From Chiloscyllium plagiosum (Eukaryota): 64,000 nt of DNA. The stretch spans positions 29,302,822-29,366,821 of the forward strand of contig NC_057719.1 in the NCBI RefSeq assembly GCF_004010195.1, in the 5' to 3' direction. The position numbers were made by a program, and so were the translations under genes. Below are positions 26,060 through 38,229 of the stretch, in pieces; position 1 is the stretch's first letter; each line of letters begins with the position of its first letter. The notes under the pieces are model-generated. The model was not told the DNA's origin and did no database searches. It worked only from the letters and a program-made list of their open reading frames with translations.

Positions 26060-26579
26060 ATTGGATACAATTATGACATTTGGCGGTAAAGTAGTCTGTA
26101 AATATAGGGATTGAGAAACTGATTGTCCCCACATTCTACAGTGGTAAATTGAGGCACCTGAACATTCAATATGGAAACAGTGCATTCAGATATATTCCAT
26201 GACATAATAACACCATGGACTGTATTGGTTGTATTTGTACATACAAGAAATATATCAAACACTTGTTTCAAGTCACCTTCCTGAAAATTATCTGGTTTGT
26301 ATGCCCTGGTTCAGAAAGCACATCAAAAATATTACTACAAGCCTTAATTTTTCAAATAATTGACCCTGATGCTTGCTGTAGAGTCCTATTGTGAATTGGT
26401 CTGCTCCAGTGCCTAATTAGCTTTGTGAAAACTTCACTTGGAAAATAATGGTGCTTAGAGGCAGCAAGTGTGCTTTTGCAGTGTTGATTAAATGGCTCAT
26501 CCATTCATTAGTTGCTGGGTTTCCTCGTTAGACTGCTACACCTTTGGCCTATTTCCCTCTTCCAACTGATTCCTGACAT
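26060..26579 (-). pseudogene. Exon relic: C-terminal half of F5/8C-like domain 1 plus a CBM14-like repeat
   Basis: cttcttag| GRGK*AKGVAV*RGNPATNEWMSH matches ITGVxTQG....EWVTSY, then EVFT..RPI..GSII*KIKAC. It is followed by AF*TRAYKPDNFQEGDLKQVFDIFLVCTN..MSWNISEC (includes ORF 26071..26271). Confidence 0.65.
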
Positions 26580-27079
26580 CTAAGAAGAAGTTTTTTTATT
26601 GTTCTTACATTGCTTTTTGCTGGCTTCAAACCCATTTTGGTGTGGCAATTTTATTATTTGTCATGGGTTGTGGTGTCAGAGCCAGCATTTACTGCCCTCC
26701 CTGAGACATCCTTGAGAATGTGATGGTGTGTCATGATCTAGGTACACCCATGGTACCTTTCTTTTGTTTTATTCATTCATAGGATTTGAGCTTTATTGAC
26801 AAAAACAGCATCTAATACTTATTCCCAATTGCATTTGTTCGAGTCCATATGATGTGTTACACTTACTGTGCTACTTAGTGAAGGAGGTCCATAATTTTGA
26901 TCCAGTAAAAGTCAATGAAGAAACAGTGAAATGACTCCAAGTAAGAATGGTGTATGATTTGGAGACATTGAAGTTCTCATGCACTTGTTTCCCTTGTGCG
27001 TAGACAATAGGGGTTGCAGGTTTAGAAGGTTCTGAAGAAGCAGCCTTGGTGCCTTACTACTGCTAATAATTTTATAGTA

Positions 27080-29240
27080 ATAGAAGCAGGAGTATGCCAT
27101 TTGGCCCATCAAACCTGCCCTGCCATTCATTAAGATCATGGCTGATCTATCAAATCGTCTCAGCTCCTCCTACCTGCATTATCCCCATAACCCTTAATTC
27201 CCCTACCATGCAAAAACCCATCCAACTGTGTCTTGAATATATTTAATTAAGCTGCCTCTACTGCTTCCTTGGGGAGAGAATTCCATAGATTCACTACTCT
27301 CTGGGAAAAGCAGTTCCTCCACATTTCTGTTCTAAATCTATTTCCCCAATTTTGAGAAGATTTGTCGCTCAGGTTGAGGTTCTGGATGAAGGTTTGCTCG
27401 CTGAGCTGGAAGGTTCATTGCCTGACGTTTCATCACCCTACTAGGTAACATCTTTAGTGGGCCTCAAGCGAAGCACTGCTGATAATTTGAGTTAGACCCC
27501 ATCTACCGCTCCCTAAGAAAATGAACATGAAATGATCTTATCACAGGAAATGACATCACCAATCTAAAGAAACCTAAACATATAAATAGGAAGCAGGAAT
27601 TATCAGCAGTGCTTTGCCTGAGGCCCACTGAAGATGTTACCTAGTAGAGGGATGAAACGTCTGGAAATGAACCTTCCAGCTCAGTGAGCAAACCTACATT
27701 CTATTCCTCAATCTTGAAAGCATGTCCCCTCATCCTAGTTTCACCCACCAGCAGAAACAACTTGCCTGCTCATATCTTATCTATCCCTTTCATAATTTTC
27801 GGTGTTTCTAAAAGATCCCCTCTCATTCAGAAGAATTTTAGTGAGTACAATTCCAGGTGACTCAACCTCTCCTCACAGGGTAACCCCACATCTCCAGAAT
27901 CAAACTGGTGAACCTCTGCAACACCTCCAAAGCCAGTATATTGTTCCTCAAGTAAAGAGACCAGAACTGTGCACAATATACCAGGTGCGGCATCACCAAT
28001 ATCTTGTACAATTGCAGCAAAACTTCCCTGCTCTTCAATTAATCCCTCCAGCAATGAAAGCCAATATTCTGTTTGTCTTCCTGTTTGTCATCTTTTGCAC
28101 TTGTTACATATGTTACACTTGGTCTCCTCTTCCAAATCATTTATATACATCAAGAACAGTTGCGGGCCCAACACAGACCCCTGCGGCACCCAGTTCACTA
28201 CTGATCTCCAACCAGAGAAACAGCCATTTATCCAACTTCCTACTTTCTATTGGTTAACCGGTCCTCTATCCATGTGAGTACATTCTCTGCAACTCCATGC
28301 ATTCTTATCTTATGGATGAGTCATTTATGTGGCACCTTATTGAAAGTCTTCCTTATTGAAAGAAATCCAAGTATATATCATCCACCTGTTCCCTCCATCC
28401 ACTGCACTTGTTACATCCTCAAAGAACTCCAGTAAGTTTGTCAAACCTACATTCCTGAATCCATGCTGCATCTGCCTGATGGAACTTTTCCATCCAGTTG
28501 TCTCATTATTCCTTCTTTAATGATAGCCTCTAACATTTTCCCAATTACAGATGTTAAGCTAACTGACTTATAATTACCTGCCTTTTCCCTACACCCTTTT
28601 TTAAATAGTAATGTGACATTCTACATCTTCCAGTTTGTCAAGATCTGCTCAGAGTCTGGTGAACTTTGGTAAATTAACACTAACCCATCTACTATAACTT
28701 CTGACATTTCTTTCAGAAATCTGGGATGCATTCCATCAGGACTAGGGGACTTATCTACCTTTAGACCCTCAAGTTTGCCCAACACTACCCCTTTAGTGAT
28801 AACAATTAAACTGAGGTCCTCACCTCCCATGGATCCTTATCATCATTCTTTGGCATGTTAAACATATCTTCCACTGTGAAGACTGATACAAAATAATTAT
28901 TCAAGGCCTCGGCCATTTCAGCATTACCCAATATTAAATTCCCCTTTCTCATCCTGCAAGGGAGTTATGACCACATTCGCCACTGCTTTCCGTTTTATAC
29001 ACTTATAAAAAAAAATTCCTATCTGTTTTTATATTCTGTGCTAGTTTGCATTCATAATCTATCTTTTCTTTCTTTTTTCTTGCTTTGCAGTTCTTTGTTG
29101 CCTTTCAACATTTTCCCAATCATATCTGTTTCCCACTACCCTTGGCTACTTTGTACACCTGAGCTTTTAATCAGATGCCTTCCGTTAATTCCTTGGTTAT
29201 CCAAGGTTGCCTCTTCCTACCCTTGCTATCCTTGTTTTAG
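27080..29240 (-). mobile_element. CR1 LINE, degraded, interrupted by a Penelope-type insertion
   Basis: ORF 28621..28830 LKVDKSPSPDGMHPRFLKEM; 3' end similar to the copy at 10010. Confidence 0.9.
27351..27700. mobile_element. Short Penelope family B insertion: two inverted termini, each with a hammerhead-like motif
   Basis: 27360-27490 and 27575-27700 are inverted copies. The plus motif at about 27623-27663 is CUGAAGA..GAAACGUC-UGG. Approximate TSD ctatt(t)cc(c/t)caat. Confidence 0.85.
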
Positions 29241-29358
29241 AGAGTGAATGTTTAGGATGTTGAAAAATGGCAGTCTTGGTTTACTTAAAAGTAGGCCGAT
29301 TGTTCCCTCAGGCCTGCTCCACCATTTAGTAAGATCATGGCTGATTTGATCATAACCT

Positions 29359-29931
29359 TGTTATGATTCTGATGGAAGGAGTATGCTAGAAATTTTATCT
29401 GCTACTCCATGAGATATTTCAAAAATGTAAATGTCTTATTTATCAAGAAAATGAGTTTCTCTTTTCAATAAGCTCAAAAAAAAGCTTATTAATTAACAAC
29501 AAACGTATTCCTTGAACAGCAGAAAAACATTATTAACTAAGCTGCTAAACAGACTGAAACTACATGCCCTGATCCCAAACACAATGATACATAGACAGGA
29601 CAAGCAGCACAGCTAGACAAAGAATGGGTTTGAAAAAAATAGGCAAAATGGAACACACGCCTGACGGTCAAGGGTACAAATGCAGAAGATAGAATGGGTT
29701 GACTTCGAACAGTTTACCTGATTTCCCGTCAACATGAACCAATTGCTGTCAGGTGCAGTTTGGGTAGCAGGTTAGTTAGACAGAGGATCTTGGACTGAGT
29801 TAACAGTTCAGCATTCAAAGTTTGCAAGCACTTCAGAGATATTGATTCCAGGAGCTTTCTCAATTCTTAGGAAATATTTCACGGAGATAACTTTTCAGCT
29901 GGTTTTCATTAAGGAATATATTTTAGTCCCT

Positions 29932-29973
<42 letters not shown>

Positions 29974-30330
29974 ACATTTCTTCCTTGAAATATCTTGGGT
30001 CTGTGGCAAAACTGAAATCAAAAGTCCAGAGGCTTTTGCTGGGCAGCCTTCAGCACTAGATTCTTTGCCAAACTCTGGTGTACCATGTGGATAATGGCTA
30101 TACACATTCCTCTACACAGTGTAATAATGAGGGCCGTATCTCCATTTTTCATTCGGTTTCAGCCTCAGCATGGGCACCAACTTGGTGAAGAGGCATTGCC
30201 AGCTGAGCCACCAGCATAGTAGATCAGAAAGGAAGTGTCTGGTACACTCTGACTCCTTACCATCCCAGACCCTCATCAACTATGTAACTTATCATTACAT
30301 TCAATAGAGCACATCATAATATTTTCATGA
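29359..30330. mobile_element. Possible solo LTR
   Basis: Begins tgttatga like the block at 43448-44370 and interrupts CR1-like sequence; the right end is uncertain. Confidence 0.3.
29932..29972 (+). repeat. (GA)n microsatellite
   Basis: Directly visible. Confidence 0.95.
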
Positions 30331-31639
30331 TAAATAATGCAGTGATTATCTCCACCTCCTATAGTATCCTTCTAGGTGCCACACAAGTTATGAGCTGCTT
30401 TTGATCAACATTTGCCTCTTTTTTAGTCATTGCCATTAACATCTGTACAGTTGAAAAGCCACTATACAATCTATATTAAAAAAATGTCATGGTGCAAATT
30501 GTCTTTTACAAGCATTTGAATCCTAAGTATATTCACTCTGGAAGCATGACAAATACACAATGGAATTATTGCAAATTAAGTGTAGTTCTGCCTTTGCAAG
30601 CACATGTTTCATGTACTTCCCAGTCAATGTCATAGCATCCAGCAGATATGGATCCGTGCTTTTGCCCATCAAACTGACACTGACTTCACCCACCCTGTAT
30701 GTTGTGTCAGCCATTTTCCAGTTGCAGTTAGCATCTAGCAAACAGCAAATGATGGCAATGAACACAGATGCCATCAGCACTGGGATCTGCCCCCTCCCAG
30801 AATGTCCATATCCCATTTCACATTTTGCCCCAAGTTCATTTCTATCCATATCACCTTTTAGAGAAACTAATCAGTTTCTAACATTTCTCACCTCTGGGCC
30901 CTCATTTTGCTGGTGGTCACCGCAGACTTATACACTCCTCCTCCAATCACTGATTGTCACTACCAATAACCCTGCTCTGCCAACCCACTCTCATTGCCTA
31001 CTATGCCCTCTAATGCTGCTCTGTTCATACCTCCCCCCCCCCCCCTCAACTTCCAGGCAGGGTTGCTGAGAGTATTGAGTGACCAAGTAAGCAGCCCTGC
31101 GCTGTAGCCTGGCTCAATTTGTAAGGTGGGTCCCTGTCCTACACAAAAAGTATTATCACAGCAATCTTACGATGTTAGTCGCCAATGCATTCAATGCAGA
31201 TCTGTACTTCCTAAGCATCCCGCAAGTAGACTGGAGAGATCCTTAGAGGTTGGCAATTGTTAATATCAGTGGATGAGGGGTGCATGTGGCATGGATAATG
31301 CCCTAAGAAACTGTTGCATGGTTACCAAGATGGAGGCTCTTCACAGTCAGTAACAAGCTGATGTTGCCAGGTACCCATTCTGTCTGCCAAATCAAGAATT
31401 CTCAGCATTTCGATTGCCCACTGTGGGATGTAGGATAGGGAGCTGCATATTAATAAGGCAAGGTGTGCAGTTAATAAGGCTGTTAACCAGTGATAATCCC
31501 GCTAATAGGCAACTCACCACTGTCTATTGAGAATCTCACCTTGACACTCCAGAGTTGCTCCTAATGTTGAGATAGGCCTCACTGGACTTCTGCCACACTT
31601 CTCGCCATAGCCCACGTCGGTGAGGCTCCCATAAGATTC

Positions 31640-32990
31640 TGCCCTGTATCCCTTTCATTTCATGAGCTCTAACTTTGCTCACAAATTTGTTAGGTGGTGC
31701 TACATATGAAATACCTTCTGGAAGTCCATATACACCATATCAAGACCATTGCTTAATCTGTTGCCCTCTTAGTTACCATTAAAAAATTTCCAGCAAGTTG
31801 GTTAAACACGATTTACCCTTAAGAAACCATACTGATTCTCCTCAGTTAATCAGTATTTATTCATACAATTACTAATTCCACCCCAAGTTATTGTTTCTAG
31901 AAATTTCCCAACTATCAAAGTTAAACTGACTGGTCTGTGGTTGGTTGGGCTCATCCTTACAGCCTATTTTGAACAATATTTTCCCAATCATTTGTCACCA
32001 CTCCCAAGACAGTACATGCAATGCCTCTTTCTCAATTTTAAATGCTTCCAGCAACTGAGTTTCCTCCTCTTTTCATGTTTATCTGGGCAGCATGCTTCTC
32101 TTTGTTAAAGACAGAAGCAAAGTATTCATTTAGCCATGTTCTCTGTTTCCATCTGTAAATCCCCTTTTGGTACCAATCAGACTCACTCCTCCTCTCACCA
32201 CCCTTTTCATATTTATATGCCTATAAAAGACTTTGAAATTTCATTTTAAATTTGCCTTCATCTCTTTACATAATCCCAAATTGTTTTCATCATTTGCTTT
32301 TTCTGAACCTTTTCCATATTATAATTGCTACCTGAAATCTGTCATAAGCACTTTTTAAAATCACAATTTCTACCTAATTTTTCAATCAGGGAGCTTTGGA
32401 TTTATTTGCCCCACCTTTTTTTCCCGAGGGAACACACCTTGCTTGTGTCCAAACCATCTCTTCTTTAAAAGGTAGCCCATTGGTAAGCTACCAATTTCCC
32501 TGCCTAATTTGACTCCAATTTTCTTTGTGTAAATCCATTCTTACCTCACTGAAGTTGGCTTTCTCCCAATTCATTATCCTTACTTCAAATTGCTAATTAT
32601 CCTTTTCTATAGTTATCTTTAACCTTACATAGTAATCACAATCCCCAAATCTACTTTTACTGACACTTAATCTACTTGGCCTGCCTAGTCTTTAAGAATC
32701 AGGTCTCACAGCATTTCCTTTCCTTTTGGACTGAAAAGTACTACAGTGGAAAATTCTCCTTGAAACCTAAGAATTCTTACTTCTCTCTGCCCTATTATCC
32801 TATCAATATTTATTATTGAAAGTCCCTCATTACAATATTATCATAATTTCTGCACTTCACCATACCTTCTTTGAAAGTTTCTCTACATGCTTCCTGCTAG
32901 TTGGCACCTATAGACTACACAAAGCAAAGCAATTACACCCATCTCTTCACCTTTTTTGCTTCTAAGTCTGAACATTCTCTCTATATTTAA
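31640..32990 (-). mobile_element. Old degraded CR1 LINE
   Basis: ccttctggaagtccatatacac (reverse of VYMDFQK), ttaaactgactggtctgt (reverse of RPVSLT-like). Confidence 0.7.
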
Positions 32991-33104
32991 TTCATCCAAT
33001 ATGTGCATATTTTTAAAGATGTGTATTATGTATGTGGTAACCTTAAAAGCAGAATGTAATTTTACCACAGTGGAGTTATCCTTGTTGGGTTAACTTTGTT
33101 GTTT

Positions 33105-33195
33105 AAAGTTAAAAAATCACACAACACCAGGTTACAGTCCAACAGGTTTATTTGGAAGCACTAGCTTTCGGAGAGCTGCTCCTTCATCAGGTTGT
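33105..33195 (-). mobile_element. Penelope-type terminal fragment (family C) with hammerhead motif at 33158-33193
   Basis: Minus strand AC-CUGAUGA-A-GGAG-CAGCU-CUCC-GAAA-GC-UA-GU; palindromic AGCU at stem III. Confidence 0.7.
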
Positions 33196-33349
33196 TATTA
33201 ATCTCATATGTGAATAATAATTCAGTGAGCAAGATCGCAAATAGTTGTAAAATGGATGAAACTGCTAAAATGTTGCATTCCATTCAATGAGCATAGACAT
33301 GTGATTTCATATTTGGATTGATATAAAATATTACACATATGATCACAAT

Positions 33350-33730
33350 TCAGTGCTCAGCAGTATAAAATTTAATATTCAACAGTTCCTGGTAAAAGGT
33401 TTAGGTTCACAGGCCAAAGTTTTAATGTAAACAGATTTACTAATCCTTAATACCCATGCTTTCAACTGCAAGTACTTTGTGCTGACAGTTGATGAGTTAT
33501 AAGGAGTCCCCAGTTCATTGTTAAAGGCTGCTTCATTTGTTGTAAGAGCAGAGAGAGTGAAACTCCTGTCTATAGGTGTTTTCCAGCACTCTTTCAAAAG
33601 TAGCTCTTCTAACTGACACCAATTAAAGAGATTATGTCATCAACTGAAAAGAAAGCTATTGCTACATATGTAAAAGCTTCGATTGCTTGTGACAGGGTCA
33701 CTAGAGCCTTTACAACATAGCATGACCCCA
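33350..33730 (-). pseudogene. Exon relic: CBM14-like repeat plus SEA-like domain 1
   Basis: ttttag| CCKGSSDPVTSNRSFYICSNSFSFQLMT/HNLFNWCQ, then RSFTLSALTTNEAAFNNELGTPYNSSTVSTKYLQLKAWVLRISKSVYIKTLACEP/LNLLPGT/LLNIKFILL. The latter follows the SEA pattern FxLxxxITN..F..EL....S..Y..L ... PGSxxVxF. Confidence 0.7.
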
Positions 33731-34249
33731 CTAAAATTAACTTCACTTCTCAAACACTAATTAGAATAATGTTTCATTGTTTTGTTATTTTACACACACA
33801 TTCAACTCCCAATTAACCATGATTATTTGAAAGAGCTGGTTATTTCAGAAACAATTTATAACATTCCCCAACCTATATGGGAATTGTTTTCTATGCAACA
33901 CTAGGAACCTTCAGTGGAGATTATTACTTTTATTATGATTTTACACATCCCCATAATTATATAATTGGGAATACCTCTTTTTACACAATTCAGTCCATCC
34001 AAAGAAATTGATTTACCATGTTTTGAGATCTAGTTTATCCTGAGGAAATTTGAAATCTATTTTAATTAGACAGTATTTAACAGAAACTTACTACTTTGAC
34101 TGAACTTACCAGTTTTATATTCATTTGTGGAAAGACAGGGTTTACCAAGATTATAAGTGAAAATACTTTTCTTTGTAACATTTCCCCCCTTCCCCATTTC
34201 TGAATTTGAATTACTGTGGACACATTTATTGAATTACATTATTTAACAA

Positions 34250-34560
34250 TAAATAAAATGGTAATATTTGAACATAAATATTCAAATAAAAGTCTTGTAC
34301 AAAAGTAAACAAGATGTATTTGTTGCTTCTGAGACAAAGAAAGCAGAGGAAACTGTGGTAGTAAATCCTGTTGATGGAAACACCCCATGAGAGATGCTTA
34401 CAGGAAAAGAAAATCGTGGCACAGATGGCAACAACATTGCCCAGGCTTCCACTTTACAGTCAGGTCGCAGCTATATTTCAGCTGGATAGTATGTTAGGCA
34501 GCTATCTGCCATTTCTCTTCAGAAACTACCAACCACCATCAAACATATGGTATAGAAAGG
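34250..34560 (-). pseudogene. Exon relic: two CBM14-like repeats
   Basis: ICLMVVGSF*REMADSCLTYYPAEI*LRPDC/SGSLGNVVAIC, then FSCKHL/SHGVFP..AFFV/..FCTRLLFEYLC. Confidence 0.55.
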
Positions 34561-35634
34561 AATAGATATAAGCAGATTTAATTCAGGCATTTCTTCAAAT
34601 TGTCCGCCTACCTTTTTTTTTTAATTCATTCATGGCATGTGGGTGTTTTATTACCCATCTTTAATCACTGAGAGGGAAATTAAGAGTCAACCACATTACT
34701 GGGTGCCTGGAGTTACACATAAGCCAAACCAGGTAAGGATAGCAGATTTCCTTGCCTAATGAACCATATAGATTTTTCTCTTGATAATTGTCGATTATCA
34801 TTATTAGAGACTCTTGATTGCAGATATTTATTGAATTAAAACTTCATCAGAACCCTGGAATATTACCAAGGTGTCCATATGAATTGTCTCAGGATTATAC
34901 AACTGGGCAACCTGCACTTATTCATATAAAGTATTTTAGTCTGTGTAATTTCACATTCAAATTCTATTCTTGGTAATCTTTTGCTAGGTTTAAAAGTTTT
35001 GAAGCTATATAACTTTTTAGTTTATCAAAATCATGAATGGTGTAAGCAATAGTCCATGACATTTCATTGCAGCCATAAACCTATCTAATTGATAACAGCA
35101 GTAGCCCGGCACCCACTGTAGGCTGTATGGAATTGAAGCCATTAATGCAAATTTTATATTGTACATTTCCATAGTAAATGTGAAGATTAAATTTAATTTT
35201 CTGATTAAGTTAAGAAAATCTCAAAATTATGAACTAAACTTCTGTCTTGTATTGAATTGTTCAAAACATGTCAATATATCAAGACCAGAAAATTTAAATC
35301 CCTCAAATTAAGCATTTTTATGTAGCAGCTTCAAATTTTAGTGGATGAAAGTAAACCTAGAAATAAACTGATTGAACTTAAGTGATGATTTAATGGAATA
35401 TAATAATTTGGAATGCACTAAATTACTATTTTAATCTATCTAGTTGAGATGTCAATGCTGTTCTTTAAGTATATTGTACTCATTGGTAGGAAAATAGGAA
35501 TACTTTATGAGGATATGAGAAATTATTAATCCAAATTTTTTTATTCATTCAAATAAGAATTTATACATTTAACAAAAAGTAATTACTTTGCATATTTTCT
35601 CAAACTGAAATGACATAACACTGAAGAATTTAAC

Positions 35635-35818
35635 CTAACAGCCAGTTCACCTACTAATCCCATTCAATTCCACTCTTTGTTGTTCGGTACTGTTACTGAA
35701 AGCCTTTTTCAGTACATGTTAAAAGCTTGCAGAGATTGTCAAGCCGACCTTTCACTTAGCTTGTAGCCTCCTTTAACCTCAACAGTACATGTTGCATTTT
35801 ATGTTGTGGTTTTGTGCC
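35635..35818 (-). pseudogene. Exon relic: CBM14-like repeat
   Basis: Strong acceptor ttttctttcag|, phase-compatible with the donor at 37273. ATCTVEVKGGYKL/DNLCKLLTCTEKGFQ*QYRTTKSGIEWD**VN. Confidence 0.6.
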
Positions 35819-36169
35819 CTGAAAGAAAATGACTTGTCTACTAAAATCTTTAAGTATGTGGCATTATATATAGCCTATACAGTAATACAGAGCACCACCT
35901 GCTGGTGGGTTGGCTCACACAAAAAATATCAATCTTAGCAAAATGTATGTTTCTGTCGCATGTTGTTTGTTCATTACAAATTATTTAACTGTTGTAATCT
36001 AAATCATGAAGAATTTTGTGAAGGCATTTACTAATTTTCTGCAAAGAATAACAAGAAATTAGGGAAAAGGTAATTAAGTATTTAGGGTTTTTACATTTAT
36101 AACCTACAGAAAATGAACAGCTCTTTATAACAAAAAGTCAATCAAATTTAATCTTTACCAGCATGAATA

Positions 36170-36450
36170 GTAAGGTGGCACAGTGGCTTGGTAGTTAGTA
36201 TGACCACCTCACAGTGCCAAGGACCCAAGTTCCATTCCACCCTCTGACAACTGTCTGTGTGGAGTTTGCATATTGGCTGTGTGGGTTTCCTGAGTGTTTT
36301 GGCTTCCTCCCAGAGTCCAAAGATGTGCAGGCTTGGTGGATTAACCATGAGAAATGCAGCATTGCAAGAATGGAGTGGGTCTGGGTGGGATACCATTCAG
36401 AGGGTTGGTGTGGACTCAATGGGCCAAATGGCCTGCTTCCACAGTGTATT
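36170..36450 (+). mobile_element. Older HE1-type SINE
   Basis: Core tgtctgtgtggagtttgca...gtccaaagatgtgcagg. Confidence 0.85.
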
Positions 36451-37272
36451 TATTCTTTAAATATTTGCATCAGATTATTTTTAAAAAAAAATATTGTTCA
36501 TGGAATGTGGCCTTTGCTGGTTGGCCAACATTTATTGCCCATCATTAATTAATTGCCCTTAAGAATGTGGTAGTGAGTTGCCTTCTTGAACCGGAGTAAC
36601 ATAAAAATTCATATTGACAAAAAAACAGATACTGCCTAACTGATCTATCCCAGTTATATGCTACTTTATGCATGCTCCTACTCAAATGATCGCTTCCACC
36701 CTGTCTTATGTTTCTCTGTTTTTCTCATGTATTAATCAAGCCACCACTTAAAAACATCATTGTCATTTTCTTCATCCAGTCCATGTAGCAACAAGTTCCA
36801 TATTTACAACACTGTGTGAAGAAATGCATCCTAAATCCTTTGAGAGGAATTCAGAAAAAAGCTGAACAAGATTATAATTTTAAAAGGAGTTTTAATTCAG
36901 GGAAGTGAAATCGACTTGAATATTTTCTTCTTAGATGTTTTATCTTTGGTACTGAAAGCAAATAGCATAAATATCTGAATAAATGAACTGCATAAAAAAA
37001 TTCCTTCCCACTGCAACTCCAGAGGACATTTTTCTAATTGCCTGACAAACATAAACAGTTTTCCACACAAACTATTTACTTTTTATAACTACAATTTATT
37101 TTATACATTCAATTGACATCAAGATAGGTGGTGTAATCTCTGAAGTCATAATAGAATGCTGAATACAGACCCCAGCACATTTCACATTTTTACATAGGAT
37201 TTTGACCTGTATTCAATGTTAATAAGCTTTTATTGAGCTGAAATAAAACGTAATTTAAAAACTCTGCATCAC

Positions 37273-37660
37273 CTTCAACTCCATTACTCTGACTCAGTCT
37301 ATAAAGGTTCTTTACATGATAGCTTTTGATTTAAAAAAAACTTGTCCCACAAATTTGACATGAAGTTGGGTAGATACATGCATTTTCCAAAATTGTCCAA
37401 AATCCAATTGTGAAAGCAGAAAATTGCCATCCATTTATTGACAAAATGTGTACAATGATTTCTATGGTACCTTCTCAATCTAAAAAGCCTTGTGTGTTCA
37501 GACCACCCAAGTAACTCTTTGTCCCTTCCAGCCTCCACTTGAAAACATGCTTGAAAAGAAATTCCATCTTTGCTTTTGTATTTGACAATGGCAGGTTTAT
37601 ATGCCATTAGCACATTTGTAGCAAACAAGTTTTGCCATAGCAGTTTACAGTTGACCATAG
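37273..37660 (-). pseudogene. Exon relic: two CBM14-like repeats
   Basis: CYKCANGI*TCHCQIQKQRWN/SFQAC and TFCQ*MDGNFLLSQLDFGQFWK/CMYLPNFMS/GQVFF/NQKLSCKEP; donor G|gtgatg. Confidence 0.7.
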
Positions 37661-38229
37661 AAATAACATTCAATTTCTCTATATGGAATTTAATTATTAC
37701 TTAATTAATTAATTAGTATTAAGCATCTTGACTTGCAAGAGAGTATTAATACAATTTCTTATGCCTATTGTGAGTATAATAATTCATTTAGTTGAACCAT
37801 ATTGAAAAACATTATAAAACTACAAAACATGTCACAAAGTTGCAAAGATTACATTTTTCAAACAATTTGGTTTGTGACAAATATTTACTTCTTCTCAGTG
37901 GCATACTTCCTCAAACAATGCCAACCAAAGCATTCTAAGATAATTTCTGAACTTGAAATGAATGCTTTTTTGAAGTGAAATCAGTGTAATAAGTGATCCA
38001 GTGTGCCACTTGGATGATTGGAGGAATGATCATACCAAACGATAATATACAATCAATTTGCTATGTACCAGAGTCTTTGTGGTCTTCTACTGGTGTATTT
38101 AATGCATTCTTCATTCTGCTTTTGAATCTCAAAATAGAGAAAACATCTTCAGTTAAATATTTTACACTTTTAAAAATTAAGTTGAGAATGAAGCTGCTCA
38201 TTAAGATAATTTATTTGTTGCTCCTCCAT

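Noticed and set aside
30523..31069. 108-aa and 169-aa ORFs
   Set aside because: No recognisable motifs; probably an old degraded interspersed repeat.
37299..37673. 124-aa ORF taken as an intact exon
   Set aside because: The CBM14-like motifs are spread over different frames, and the open frame matches only in part.
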